64,000 nucleotides of DNA from the NCBI RefSeq assembly GCF_030144855.1, contig NC_082709.1, forward strand, positions 155,682,001 through 155,746,000, given 5' to 3'. Under the pieces are notes generated by a model, which saw only the letters and a program-made list of their open reading frames with translations, made no database searches and was not told the origin of the DNA. The stretch comes from Hypanus sabinus. Its lineage: Eukaryota. Below are positions 38,207-50,735 of the stretch, piece after piece (position 1 is the stretch's first letter; every line of letters begins with the position of its first letter). A program made the translations under genes and the position numbers.

Positions 38207-39317
38207 TACAGTCAAGTCAATCAACAAGAAATGGAACAAATGTGGCACAGCTACAAATCTGCCTAGAGCAGGCCATCCTCAAAAACAGAGTGACCATGCA
38301 AGAAGGGGACTAGTGAGGGAGGCCACCAAGAGACCTATCACAAGTTTGCAGGAGTTACAAGCTTCAGTGACTGAGATGGAAGAGACTGTGCACACAACCA
38401 CTGTTGTCCAGGTGTTTCACCAGTCACTGTTTCATGCGAGAGTGGCAAAGAGAAAGCCAAAGTTGGAAAAAACTCCATGAAATCTCATCTAGAGTATGCC
38501 AGAGAGTAGGCATGTGGGAGACTCTGAAGTTAGCTGGAAGAAGGGTCTATGGACTGATAAAAAAAATTGAGCTTTTTGGTCATCAGATTAAACATCATGC
38601 TTGGCATAAACCAAACACTGCACATCAAATATGCACCATCCCTACCATGAAACATCGCAGAGCCTGCATCATGCTGTGGGAATGCTTCACTGCAGCAGGC
38701 CCTGGAAGGCTTGTGAAGATAGAGGGTAAAATGAATGCAGCAAAATACAGGGAAATCCTGGTGGAAAACCTGATGCAGTCTGCAAGAGAACTACGACTTG
38801 GGAGAAGATTTGTTTTTTAGCAAGACGATGGACCGAAGCAACACAGGAATGCTTACAAACAATAAAGTTAATGCTATGGGGTGGTCAAGTCAGAGTTCAG
38901 ACCTCAATCTAACTGAGAATTTGTGACTGGACTTAAAAAGGGCTGTTCACTCATGATCCCCATGCAATCTAACAGAGCTTGAGCAGTTTTGCAAAGAATA
39001 ATGGGGGATATTTGCAGTGTCCAGATGAGCAAAGCTGATAGAGACCTATCCACACAGACTCAAAGCTGTAATTGCTACCAAAGATGCATCTACTATATAA
39101 TGACTTAAAGGGGATGAATTCTTATGCAATTATTTTGTGTTTAATAATTGTAATAAATTTAAACAAATTTGTAGAAATTTGTTTTCAGTTTGATAGAAAT
39201 AGAGTCTCTTCTGTTGACCAGTGTAAAAAAAGCCAAAGTAAATCCACTGTGATACAATGCTGTGAAATAGTACATGAAAATTTCCATGGGGAGGGTGAAT
39301 ACTTTTTATAGGCACTG
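38207..39317 (+). mobile_element. Decayed, 5'-truncated Tc1-family transposon
   Basis: Transposase relic IPTMKH...IMLWECFTAAGPGRLVKIEGKMNAAKYREIL; right TIR ...aatactttttataggcactg. Confidence 0.85.
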
Positions 39318-39450
39318 CACATGGATGTTGCTGGAACTTGAGGACCAGCGTTGTAGGGAAAGTTTGACCAGGTTAAGAGTTTATTCCCTGCAACATAGGA
39401 GAAACGGGGAGGTTTGATAGAGATATAAAAAATTATAGGGGTTTAGATAG

Positions 39451-40010
39451 TGTAACACGCTGAGAAAGGTTTCACTGCTAATGTAATGGTCTTTCTGTAG
39501 AAGCAGTGTTTGGGTTATGGTTAAAGATAATGGGTGCTTTGGAATCTGAACCGTCCAATAGAGGGAATGTCTTTTTGTGTTGTGTGCCTGACACCAGTGT
39601 GAGCCGGGTCGGTTTGTTCAGTGGGAAATGAAGGGAAAAGACACCAAAGAGAAGAGGGCGTAGGACTCAACCCAGAGCAGGGCCATAATTCATTGAAGCC
39701 CAGGGAGAGCAAAGGAGGATTGGCTAAGGGGAAACTGTGAGCTCCAACCTGTGCACATCAGACTGTTTCATTAAAATGGGCCCTTTCATTTTTTTTTGCT
39801 TTTTCTTTGCCAACTCTTTAATCAAATTAAGAATTATAATGCGAAATCATTTAATTGTATTTGTGGTACTTATTGGTAATAGGGTAACAAATCACACAGC
39901 ATCCACACAAACAGGAGATTTTGGGGTTTTGCAACTCAATCTCACACATTTGGTGGGGCCAGAGGGTGCCTTCCCTAGACTTATGTAGCCGATGAAACCA
40001 GAGCGTTTCA
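39451..40010. mobile_element. Probable solo LTR inserted in a CR1 fragment (39320-39450 and 40011-40310)
   Basis: TGTAAC...GTTTCA termini; the CR1 3' sequence resumes after the insert. Confidence 0.55.
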
Positions 40011-41591
40011 ATTGGATAAAAGCAAACAGGCTTTTCCATTAGACTGGGTGAGACATAGTTTAAGGGAGAACCTGAGGGGGAACTTCTTCACACAGAGGAT
40101 GGTGCAAAGGTAGAACAGGCTGACAGCGGGAGTGGTGAATGCGGGTTTCTTTGCAGCATTTAGAGATGTTTGCGCAAGTACATGGATGAAAGGGTATTGA
40201 GGCCAATGGCCCAGGTGTGGGTCGATGTGACTTAGGAAAAATACTAGTTCAGCACAGACAAGATGGGCCGAAGAGCCTGTTTCTGAGCTGTAGTGCCTTG
40301 TGACTCTACACTCTATGTTACCTCAGCCTCTCTGATGAACAATGTACTTAGGGCTCATGCTTTTGTAAAATGTTGCACATAAAACCCATTGTCACATTTG
40401 TCTGTGCCTCAACTGCTTTCATGGAGGTCAAGGTCATGATGAGCCTCAGCTTCCTAGCCACAGGAAGGTCTATAAAAAAATCTCTGTGCATCTCCCAAGT
40501 TGCTGCTCAATAAGCACCAAGGAGGTGCTTTCATCTGCTTTGAGAACCAGGTAGCATTCAATGCACTGGCATTTGCCACCATTACTGGCAGACTCCCATT
40601 GACCACACTGGGATCCATTAAGGCTCCCATTAAGAACCTTTCCATCAATTGGTAAAGGTTTATACTTCTTCAAAGCTGAAGCAGGGTTAAGAGAAGGGGG
40701 AAGGGGATGTTTTGCTTGACATCCAAAGATTAATCTCTCTGATGAGCAGAGATGGCAGGCATTATTCATGTAGACTTTTGGCAACAACCTTATAAATTGT
40801 CGTATTTTGTAGGCAACCTGCAAAATTATAACATCCAATGCAAAATAAGTAACCTCAACACTCCAATCATTGCTACCGATATGGTAATCAGGCAGGGTGT
40901 TTCAGCTAGCACATAATAATCCTTCAGATACTTTGCAAGTACACCCTGAACAAACAAATCTATGATTCAATATTTGCTTGTCACAACAGATTTTAATTGT
41001 TTGCAGCTCATCCTGACAGTGCTACTGTTTCTCTACCATGGGGAATGTCATTGAGGGCAGACACCCTATTTGGTCTAGTGTGTGGTGACTTGTCAGAGAT
41101 TGAATACAACATCTTAATGTATCTTATCACTAATACATCTTAATGTATTAGTGCATTTTTGGGGTGGGGGAGGACAAATTACCTTAATGCTGTTTCAAAT
41201 GCCTTTTCATCAACCTTATGGAATTTTACAGTGGACTAGAATTAGTTAAGCACTTAACGCAAAGACTTGGCATTAAAAGCAAGTGAAATCCAACTGCCTG
41301 ACTTGTATGTGCTAAACTTGGAGACATCTTTATAAACATATAGAAGTTCAAGAACAGCTTGGAAAAATTATTTATATATAATTGCTAATGGACATATAAG
41401 CATATAATTGGCAACTCAGAAAATCCTGCAGAATTGTTACTTTAATTCTACCTCTTTACATTTTTGAGTTTCAAAATACAAGGTTCTATTAGAAAACAAT
41501 GGCCATCAAACATACTCATACTTCCAAAGTGTAATACAAGAATCCCAAAAATATAACCAGGCAATTTATGCTTCGGAATCTCTTCACTTAC

Positions 41592-42354
41592 CTCTGTCAA
41601 CATTAGCCCGTAAAGATGTCAACATGCCTTCTGACACTAAAGTCTTGTAAAGGGCACCTTTACATGCTCGTTCAGATTTTCTGGACCCAGAAGCTTCTGT
41701 TTTTTTGTTGATTTCCTTGCTTTCACCTTTCACTTCACTTAGCGCACTATGTGAAAGTAGTTGATCAGTTATAGGAAATGTTTCAGTTTTGATGGGGCTG
41801 GTGGTAATCTTCTCAGAATCAGACACCTTTGAGTGTTTGTTGAATTCTGAAACTTTCTCAGCAGATAATTTTATTGGTTTTGGTTTAATTTTTTTCTTTG
41901 GTGGGCTGGAGACAGAGTATAATTGATTTTCAGTTGACTTTGCTGAGCACCGTCCACTTTTTACCGGACTTACTGAAGGCTTTTCAGTGCCCCAGTCACC
42001 TTTAGCCACAGCATCTATAGTATACATTAAACTATCTATGTCAGACTCAGAAGATTTCCGTTTCTTTCCACTTTTTTTAAATGTCTGTTTATCAGCTTTG
42101 GTAGATTCAAGTTTAACTTTCTTCTTTTTCTTTTTCTTAATTTTTTCACCTTTGTTAAGACTTGTCATAGAATTGTCAGTTAGCAAAGACAATGGTTTTT
42201 CATTAGCAATCCACTCCCTTGGCTTAGTATTAATGTCATTCTTTGTACCAATTGGAGAATTAACAGTGGGGATCTCAGGCTTATGCTCATCTTCCAGGAT
42301 AATTGTAGAAGATTCAGTTTTTACTCCTTCTGTTACCAACCGGTCTGAACACAT
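41592..42354 (-). CDS. BBX: BBX coding exon 6, large Lys-rich exon (MCSDRLV...SSESDIDSLMYTIDAVAKGDWG...RKSERACKGALYKTLVSEGMLTSLRANVDR)
   Basis: 763-nt open frame with conserved BBX blocks; ttcAG|ATG acceptor; G|GTAAGT donor. Confidence 0.96.
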
Positions 42355-43527
42355 CTGAAGCAAATAACACACAGTGCAATTAAACAGAATTTCAAAAAAA
42401 AACCCCATACTAGAATACACAAATCTCCCAGTTTCCAATTTAGGAAACAGAGATAGCATGTGATTTGAACTGCCAAGTTCAGTTGGCTCTATTCTTAGCA
42501 GTTTCATAAAATTTCCATATTTATAATATTGTTATAAAATTAATCAATTTAAAATATTCAAATAAAAACCCTACAATTTTATTTGAGTGTAAATATGACT
42601 TTTCTACTCCCCCAGAATTCGCCTCCAGACCCACCCCTCCTGATTGTTCACTGTCTGATGAATTAATCGTTAATTTAGTGAGACGTCATAATCCTGGAAG
42701 ACTGGCAATGTTATTTGAAAACAAATAGCCAAGAGGCTGCCAGCAATTCTAATTAACACCATGGTAACAGCAGTGTGTTTTAATACCACCACTGGAACTA
42801 TAACATTTAAGCTAAAACAACTTATGGCCAAGTGTTAAAAGGCAAGTTCCTGAATTTGAGGACATGGCATAGAGCTCTCATAAGTGTGGTTCACTTTAAA
42901 GGGAAACATGATTAATGGCCACAGTCACTATAAAATAAAACATTTATTTGAATTCTAAAAAGGAGGAACAGGAACTTTATCCAGCTAAGGTCGAACTAAA
43001 CACAACTCAATTCCTTCTGATCACAAGGTTACAAGCTGATATCCATAAATGATGAAAACTGATGTCTTAATACACTAATATAACCTTAATTCTAATACAC
43101 TTAAACTGGCAAGTACTGGGGAAAAGTATTGACAGTTTAAAATACATCAAGTTTACTTGACTTTTGTCGATGAATTTAATATATTTCAGAGCAATTCAAC
43201 ATACCACTGACTGCAAAGTACTGTGATTATATTTCAATTGGCTTTTGTACAATGAGGAATATTTGGTTGTCCTTGTCATCAAGAACACATTCATGTTCTT
43301 ACTTGAACTATTTAGCTGATAAGTCTCAAGGCCAAGAGGTTTACAGACTGACAGTCCTGTTTTATTTTTCTGTAAAACTATTTAACAGGTTTTTTTTTCC
43401 ACTATAAACACACACACATTCCAGTGGCCAGAGCAAGCCACTCTAGCAGTAGATTGTAGAAGTACCTAGCCTTTTAATGAATTAAGATGCATGTATTTAC
43501 ACATAATTTCAGTTTTAGATGACATAC

Positions 43528-43620
43528 CTCTGCTAGCTGAAATAATGCAGAATTCCCACACTGCTTCGAATCCGGAACCCCTGGCTGTGTTGTATTGGAT
43601 GAAGGAGGGGAAAAAAAAAT
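43528..43620 (-). CDS. BBX: BBX coding exon 5 (...SSNTTQPGVPDSKQCGNSALFQLAE); 5' boundary uncertain (43620 or 43584)
   Basis: SALFQLAE motif with donor GAG|GTATGT; two in-frame AG options. Confidence 0.8.
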
Positions 43621-44213
43621 CTTTCAGATTTACTGTCATATCCTTTATTATAATTACATTTCTGCCGCTGAGAAGAACTGTAACCAGCATAAAAAAGTAT
43701 TTTCGTTATGAATACTTAAATATTACTGCTGACTATATTCGACATAAATACCGAACATTGTGAGTATGCAGCCTTCATTAAGGGTAGTTTAAAAGCTGTC
43801 AGCTATTGACAGCAACTTCTCATTTCTGCATGGAAAATTTATAAGCAGCCCTACTTAATTTAACATATGGCATCCAGTCAAAGGTGATTAGACAAGCCAA
43901 ATATAAAACATAGAAAAGAGTACCATCACTGAGATATACATGAATTACTGTAAATAAAGATAACCATCATATAATACAACTCAAAGGTAGGGAGAAATAT
44001 ATATAACTTAAGATGGTGAGGAATGCCTGATGTCCATGTGAAAAAGCTTTACCTGAAGAAATAACTGTTTGTACAACAGAAAATGACTATTGCAATCAAA
44101 GACCACTGACAGAATGTGGTAAATTTATGGTAGAAAGACCCTTCTATATTGGAACCTACAATTTTGCCTGAATCAATGAACATTGAGTTGGTTGTCTTTG
44201 GTGGAAAGTACAC

Positions 44214-44730
44214 CCACTGGCCATTTTATTAGATACAGATCTGGAACCCACTCTTTATGCTGTTGCCCATCCACTTCAAGGTTTGACATGTTGTGTTATC
44301 TGTAAACTGTTGTAATGTGTGGTTATTCGAGTTGCTGTCGCTTTCTTGTCAGCTTACACCAGTCTGGCCATTCTCCTCTGACCTCTCTCATTAACAAGGC
44401 ATTTTTGCTCACAGAGCTGGAGCTCACTGGATATTTTTGTTTGTCGCACCATTCTCTGTAAATTCCAGAGACTGTTGTGCATGAAAATCCCAAGAGATCA
44501 GCAGTTTCTGAGATAGTCAAACCATCCAGCTGGGCACCAACATTCATTTCATGGCCACTTAGATCACTTGGTCAGTTAGGTAGTTCCTTTCCCATTCTGA
44601 TGTTTGGTCTGAACAAAAATGGAACCTCCTGACCATAATTTCATGCACTGAGTTTCCCCCCACATGACTGGTAGTTAGATATTTGCATTGACGAGCAGAA
44701 GTACTGGTGTAACTAATAAAGTGGCCACTG
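44214..44730 (-). mobile_element. Non-autonomous Tc1-like element
   Basis: TIR pair cactggccattttattagatac / gtaactaataaagtggccactg; HTH relic ISETADLLGFSCTTVSGIYREW. Confidence 0.8.
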
Positions 44731-45378
44731 ATTGCCTTTCTTATGAGGGCAATCAAATTTGTGGATGTGTGGATGACCACAAATCTCAGACACTGGGATA
44801 TTTAAATTGTCAATTAAACTTGAAAATATCCACAAGATCTTCGCAGTTATAAAACTTTTGAAAGTTACATGCATAAAATACTGATGAATGTTTCTAATCT
44901 GTGAAAATAGATGTTACCTATAGCAAGACAGAAAATACTGCAGGCCTCGTATGTGGTGGAATAGGCAGTAAGTAAAAGGAACAGAGTGTGTGTTTCTTAA
45001 AGGGAAATATGCTCTTTCCTGAGAGAAGAGCAGTATCTTGTGTTATGTAAAATGGCAATTAGTTTGTGATTTCAAAATAATGGGTGTACAAAGGGAATCA
45101 GTAATGGAGATGGCCATCATAAACTACTGTACAATTTGCAAGAAATGACAACGGTCAATTTATTAAGATGAAAATTTGCTCATTAAGTTAACTTGTAATA
45201 AAACCTATACTTTTGTTTCTACAAGACAAACTTTCCTAACTTTACTTCTTTTCCTAGTTTTTAAGTTGTGGGGTATAAAGCAAAACAAAGCGAGGAATAC
45301 AGTGACAATGCACTTTTAAATAAAGCAACATTACTAAACTAGCTCAAGTTCCGAAGCCAGTCCATCCTATCAACTTAC

Positions 45379-45446
45379 CTCCTTGGCTGTTAAGGCATGT
45401 TCTCCCGCTAAGAGCAGCATGCTGAGTCCTCCCATTTGAGTGGGAT
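45379..45446 (-). CDS. BBX: BBX coding exon 4 (DPTQMGGLSMLLLAGEHALTAKE)
   Basis: Conserved BBX motif; AG|AT acceptor; GAG|GTAAGT donor; 68 nt, restores phase 0. Confidence 0.93.
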
Positions 45447-46933
45447 CTATCAGTAATGAGATACATGCATGTGTTATTCATTCCCAAACTAATCCTATGA
45501 CACCATCTATCACAAATAACTACAACTTAAGACAATAAAATGCTTCTCAATTGGCAGCTACGAGTTCATCTCCATTCTGCCATCTAGTAAACAAAACTAT
45601 TATTGTTGTATTGTTGCAATATACTACTTTGAATAAGTATTTTCCTGACTGCTCAGTGGGCAAGTGAACCGAAGGTGTGGATCCTGAACTATACACATTT
45701 TCATCCTATCATTTTGTTAAAATTGTTTCAAAGAACAAATAGAAACATTCAGTGTAGACACTATACAGTAGTAAAAGAAATAATGCCGATAGATACTAAG
45801 GAAATCCTTGTTAGTTTATTTTCCTCTGCTTAGTAACATGCATAAATTCAACAAGTTGTCACATCTGATCTAAGGTCAACATCTTGGTGGTTTCATGCCC
45901 TCTTGACACAAAAAGATAACAAAAATGACTAGTTACATCTCTGAGCTAGACTGGAGTAGATCTTCACCTGATTAAGGCCCTTCCTTATGTATGAAATAAC
46001 AGTTCCTTAAGCTTGTCACATGCACAGAGAAAGAACATTATCACTTTCTCCCACAAGTGTTTGAGTTGCTGACTGAAATTAGCCTACTAGTTTTCACATA
46101 AAGTTCTATTCTGCAGGGCTACACAACAGAATTTTGGTCCAGGTTCCAAAGCAAACATCTTAATTCCTTCTCCACCCCTTGTTTACAACTGACTTCAACA
46201 TTATGTTCATGACTCTGACTTTTAGTTCGATAAAGAATATTCTCCAAAAATTGCTAGTTATTTCCCATTCACACCTTGTAAAATGTATAGGAATGTCTCA
46301 ATAGGAACAAAGAAATCTAATGATATTTAATGAAATACAGAATGTGTTAGATAAAAATGGATACAAATTACGCTAAATTCTTTAAAAGATTGCTGGAGCC
46401 AATTTTGAGTCAGATGGAGTTCTGACAGTTTTATGGTTTTGGCCACAGATAATAAGAGAGTTTCACGATTTGAGATGTAGTGATTTTAAAGTAACTTTCC
46501 ATCTGTGGTAAATACTGCATTCTGGATTGTTCATTAAAAAAGGTGAGGAATTCAGATTGTGTTTAAATCTGGTGGAACAAGCTTCTTGGTTGAAATGCAT
46601 TTCTGCTTATTTGTACTCTCTGAATAGGTTTCCTTTGAATCTGTGAGCTGCAGATGCGAATTCTACATCTCTGTGGGGGCCTTGTCAATATTGTGATCAG
46701 GTTAGGTTGGTATAAACATGGGAACATTGAATGAGGTACAAGTCAACAGTGTGTCATATTTGGAAATGGGATGCTCTAAAATATGGGCTCTAATCAAGGA
46801 GCAGGACACACTGAAGGGAAGACCAGCAACTACCAGATAGGAAAGAACTCTAAATAGTCAAAACAGAGATTTCCTACTTGTTAAGCTCTAAAATAATGAT
46901 AAATGCCTTTGAACTATCCATGAAATTATCTAC

Positions 46934-47132
46934 CTGCCATAGCAAAGTTGATTTGTGGCATTTCCTCAGTCTTTACCACCCTTTTGATGATGGGAAAGTC
47001 CTTTGTCGGTTCTGTTGGAAATGTCCAAAGCTTCTTCCTTGTTGTGACAGTAGGTGATGGACTCTTCAGTGGCTTGTTTGTTGTTGGACACCATTTGTAA
47101 CCAGGGTTGGCCTTTAGAAAAGCATCCTTATA
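46934..47132 (-). CDS. BBX: BBX coding exon 3 (YKDAFLKANPGYKWCP...MPQINFAMA)
   Basis: End of the HMG box; acceptor tctcAG|TAT; donor G|GTAGAT; 199 nt. Confidence 0.95.
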
Positions 47133-47359
47133 CTGAGAAAAAGCAAAAGGAGGATCGTTGTTAAGAACAATCCAATACCTTATTAAACCCACTACCAGCT
47201 TATTGTCACAACTGTTCATCCAAAGAACAGAAAATACTCCCAAATAAGTATTATGATAGAATTTATACACAGATTTCAAAAACATACAAACAAAAAGGCT
47301 GATGACCCGTAAGTAATTTTCTATGGATGATAGAATTGATGGTTTTGTGGCCAACTTAG

Positions 47360-48230
47360 TGATTGAGACAAAGAAAGGTGGAGGGACAGGTAGTGTTGAG
47401 GAAGCAGAGAGTCTCCAGCACTCAGATTAGGAGAATGAGCATATAATTTCAGAACCAATACAGCGTAGGGAAGTGTATGGTCATGCACTTTGGTAATAGG
47501 AATAAAGGTGTAGACAATTTCTTAAACTGGGACATAATTCAAAAACCTGAGGTACAAAGAGATTTGGGAGTCCTCATATTGAATTTCCTGAAGGGCAACT
47601 TGCAGGTTAAGTCAGTGGTAAAGAAGGCAAATACAATGTTGGCATTCATTTTGAGAGGGCTAGAATATCAAAGCAAGGATGTAATGCTGATGCTTTATAA
47701 GGCCACATTTGGGAGCATTGCGAGTGAGTTTTGGCCTCTTACTAAGGATGGTTGTGTTGGCACTGGAGAGGGTCCAGAAAATGATCCAAGGAATGAAAGG
47801 AGGAGGAATGAATTTGACGCTTTTGGGCCTGTATTTGTTGGGAGAATGAGGGAGTAACATTGAAACAAATAAAATATTGGAAGGTCTATATAGAGTGGAT
47901 GTGGAGAGCATGTTTCTTATAATTGGGTGAGTCTAAGATCAGAGGGCGCAACCTCAGAATACAAGGACATACATTGAGAACAGGGATGTGGAGTTTTCTT
48001 TAAGCCGGGGGCAGTGGATCTGTGAATTCATTGCCACAGATGGTTGTGGAGAGCAGCTCAATGGGTATATTTAAAGCAGAGATTGATAGGTTTTTGATTA
48101 GCAAGGGGGTCAAAGGTTACAGGGAGAAGGCAAGATAACTGGGTTGAGAGAGATAATAAATCAGCCATGATGGAATAGCGGAGCAGATTTGACAGACCAA
48201 ATGGCCTAATTCTGCTCTATGTCTTATGAT
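47360..48230 (+). mobile_element. Decayed CR1 3' fragment
   Basis: VMHFG...VKKANTMLAFI...DVML relic and gtcttatg tail. Confidence 0.85.
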
Positions 48231-48792
48231 CATGTTGTCAAATGCAGTCTGACTTGATGAAAAATTCAAACACTCAGTTTTCATATCAGTAAACATAATT
48301 TTGAGTGTACTTGCAACAATTTAGCATAAACTCTAGAGGAATTAAGTGTATGCTTAAGAATACACTATGTTGACAAGCATGAATCCTGATTCCTATGTTC
48401 CTTAGACAGGTTGTAACAACATAATTGCATATAGTCTGTCTTAAGAAATTTACAATAAGTTGAGTAAAATTGCCACTCTTGAACATTTAGGTCATTTGTC
48501 ATAAGGCCCAGAAAAAATACTATGCTTTCTATATGTCCTATACTACCAAAGCAAAGTTAAAGGATATAACAGGTAACCTATTATAATACAGTTTACTTGT
48601 TAACATATAAATAAATCAGTATATTATTATCAAGTTTTGAAATAACTTATCTAATCAGTGACAGCTTCCAAATTGATTGGAAGCATTAAAAATTAAAAAG
48701 AAAATCGCTAATTGCAATCATTCTGAGCCAACAGTCTAACCTCATTCATTGCTCAAGATCAAGTACCAATGACCACATGGGCAAAGTAACTA

Positions 48793-49977
48793 CACCTTAC
48801 CTTCGTTATATGTGGGGGATATGTTCCTTGCAGATGACACATAGTATGGAAATGCATAATGTGAGTGATTATTTAAATGAAGAAGATAGGGATGCATTCT
48901 GGAGAGCTTCCTAAATATGTTTTGTCTCCAATTTATTCATATTCTCACACCAATGCGACACAAAAGTAGTACCACAAGGCAACATTTGTATTATATTTCA
49001 TCAATTTAAGGTAATATTCAACGTAATAAATCTTAGAAAGTTAACGCAGTCTTTTCATCCTTACTTATGTAAGTGTGTTTCGGCATACACTTCCAAAAAA
49101 GCCCAGTCTCATCTGCATTAAACACCTGTTTTGGTGTGATGCCTAACTCAGCTATCATATCCCGCAACTGTACAGGGTAGCATTCAGCAGCTTCGCGGTC
49201 AGCACTAGCTTGCTCACCACACACAGCTAAGTTGTGAAGCCTGTGACGATTAACAAACTTATAAAACCATCTCCTACCTGCATTAAAGCTAACAATATCA
49301 CTTGACACTTCCTCACTAGCCTCTGAACAAAGGCAACCATAAACTTCCAAAGCTTCCACATGAAGATGATCAGAACTGAGTGTTGTTTTTCCCTTTGTTT
49401 CATGCTCAATGTACAAACTCAACATTTTCTCCATTTTTATCATAATCAGGTTACGCACTTTGGTAACAATCTTTGAAGATACTTGTGATTAATCAATCAC
49501 TGCACTTTTTATTTTCTCAGCATTTTTCTTTATGTTTCTGATCACCCAGGCCAAGATAGCATCCCAGAGCTGTGTTACCTTCACCTGACATGGCCCTATT
49601 TATAATTTCCAACTTTTTTCAAGTGTTAAAGCTATTCTCTGCAGCTTGGCTGATGGCCCAGGACTTGACATCGGACGCTTAGGAGGCACAGTTAAATATT
49701 TCAAGCACAAAATCAGTGCACCGTAGGTAATAACACCAAAAGTTTAAGAGTGCAAGATCGCACATCTACACACTGCCAAAACCAATGCGAGACTGGCGGG
49801 AGTGAGACTGTGAGGCATGCACACGAAACTTGTACGGGCGGGAAAGCAGTGCTTCTCGTCCCAACAGCCTTGCATAATTGTGAGTTTTGGACACATATAA
49901 GGAGAAGTTGGTAGAAATAGGTTCGACACAACTGTGAATCCGTATTGTCTGAAGATGCATATAATGAGGAAAGGGTG
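48793..49977 (-). mobile_element. Internally deleted Tigger/pogo element
   Basis: CENP-B HTH plus VFNADETGLFWK (49033-49458); imperfect TIRs caccttaccttcgttatatg / catataatgaggaaagggtg; TA on both flanks. Confidence 0.85.
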
Positions 49978-50498
49978 TAGTGGAGTCAGTGTTATGCTTA
50001 GGAGGAAAATTGAAGAATGGAACAAGAGTTAACCATTTTATTGATTATTGCAATTAGGGAAATGTTCTTACATTTCACTGTGTCAAATGAAGACACTGAA
50101 TTCAGAAGTTAGATAAGTTAATCCTAATTATTTGCCTGTACTTTTGAGTCATTACTCATTTTTTTCCTCACCTAAATCAATCGGCATAAACTCCCAAACA
50201 TTCCCCACTCACAATTGTCCAGCCTCCACTTGTACGTATTCATACTATTCATCTCAACTATTTACTGTGGTAGTGTGATCCACATGGATAAAGCCATTTC
50301 TAACAATTCCCTATTGAATTTATTAGTCTCTCTCACCAATTTTCTATGACTGAAGAAACTAATGCAATTAAAATGCACACACCTTTTCCTGTACGGTTAG
50401 TAATTTGAATACTGTTTACCTTGCCACTTAAATGCCACAAAAGCCTTATGCACTGAATTGCGATCATAGCATACAGGTTTCAATGTTGTATTGCTCAC

Positions 50499-50735
50499 CT
50501 CTTTAGCAAGGTCAGTGTATTTCTGCTTTTCTTTTGGATCTAAGACAGACCACCAGTCTGCCAGAATTTTTGTAGCACCACGGTTGTCTAGACGAGGATG
50601 TTGTTGCCGAACCAAAGAGCGATGCCGTTTGCAGAACAGAAGAAATGCATTCATTGGCCTGCGAGCTCGCTGTTCAGAGGAGTCATCATCTGTCTCATCT
50701 GCCTCATGTTCAAGTCCCTCTGTGCTCAAAGCATC
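50499..50735 (-). CDS. BBX: BBX coding exon 2, HMG box ([40 protein letters not shown]...LAKE)
   Basis: HMG-box signature; acceptor ttctgcAG|GAT; donor GAG|GTGAGC; 237 nt. Confidence 0.97.
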
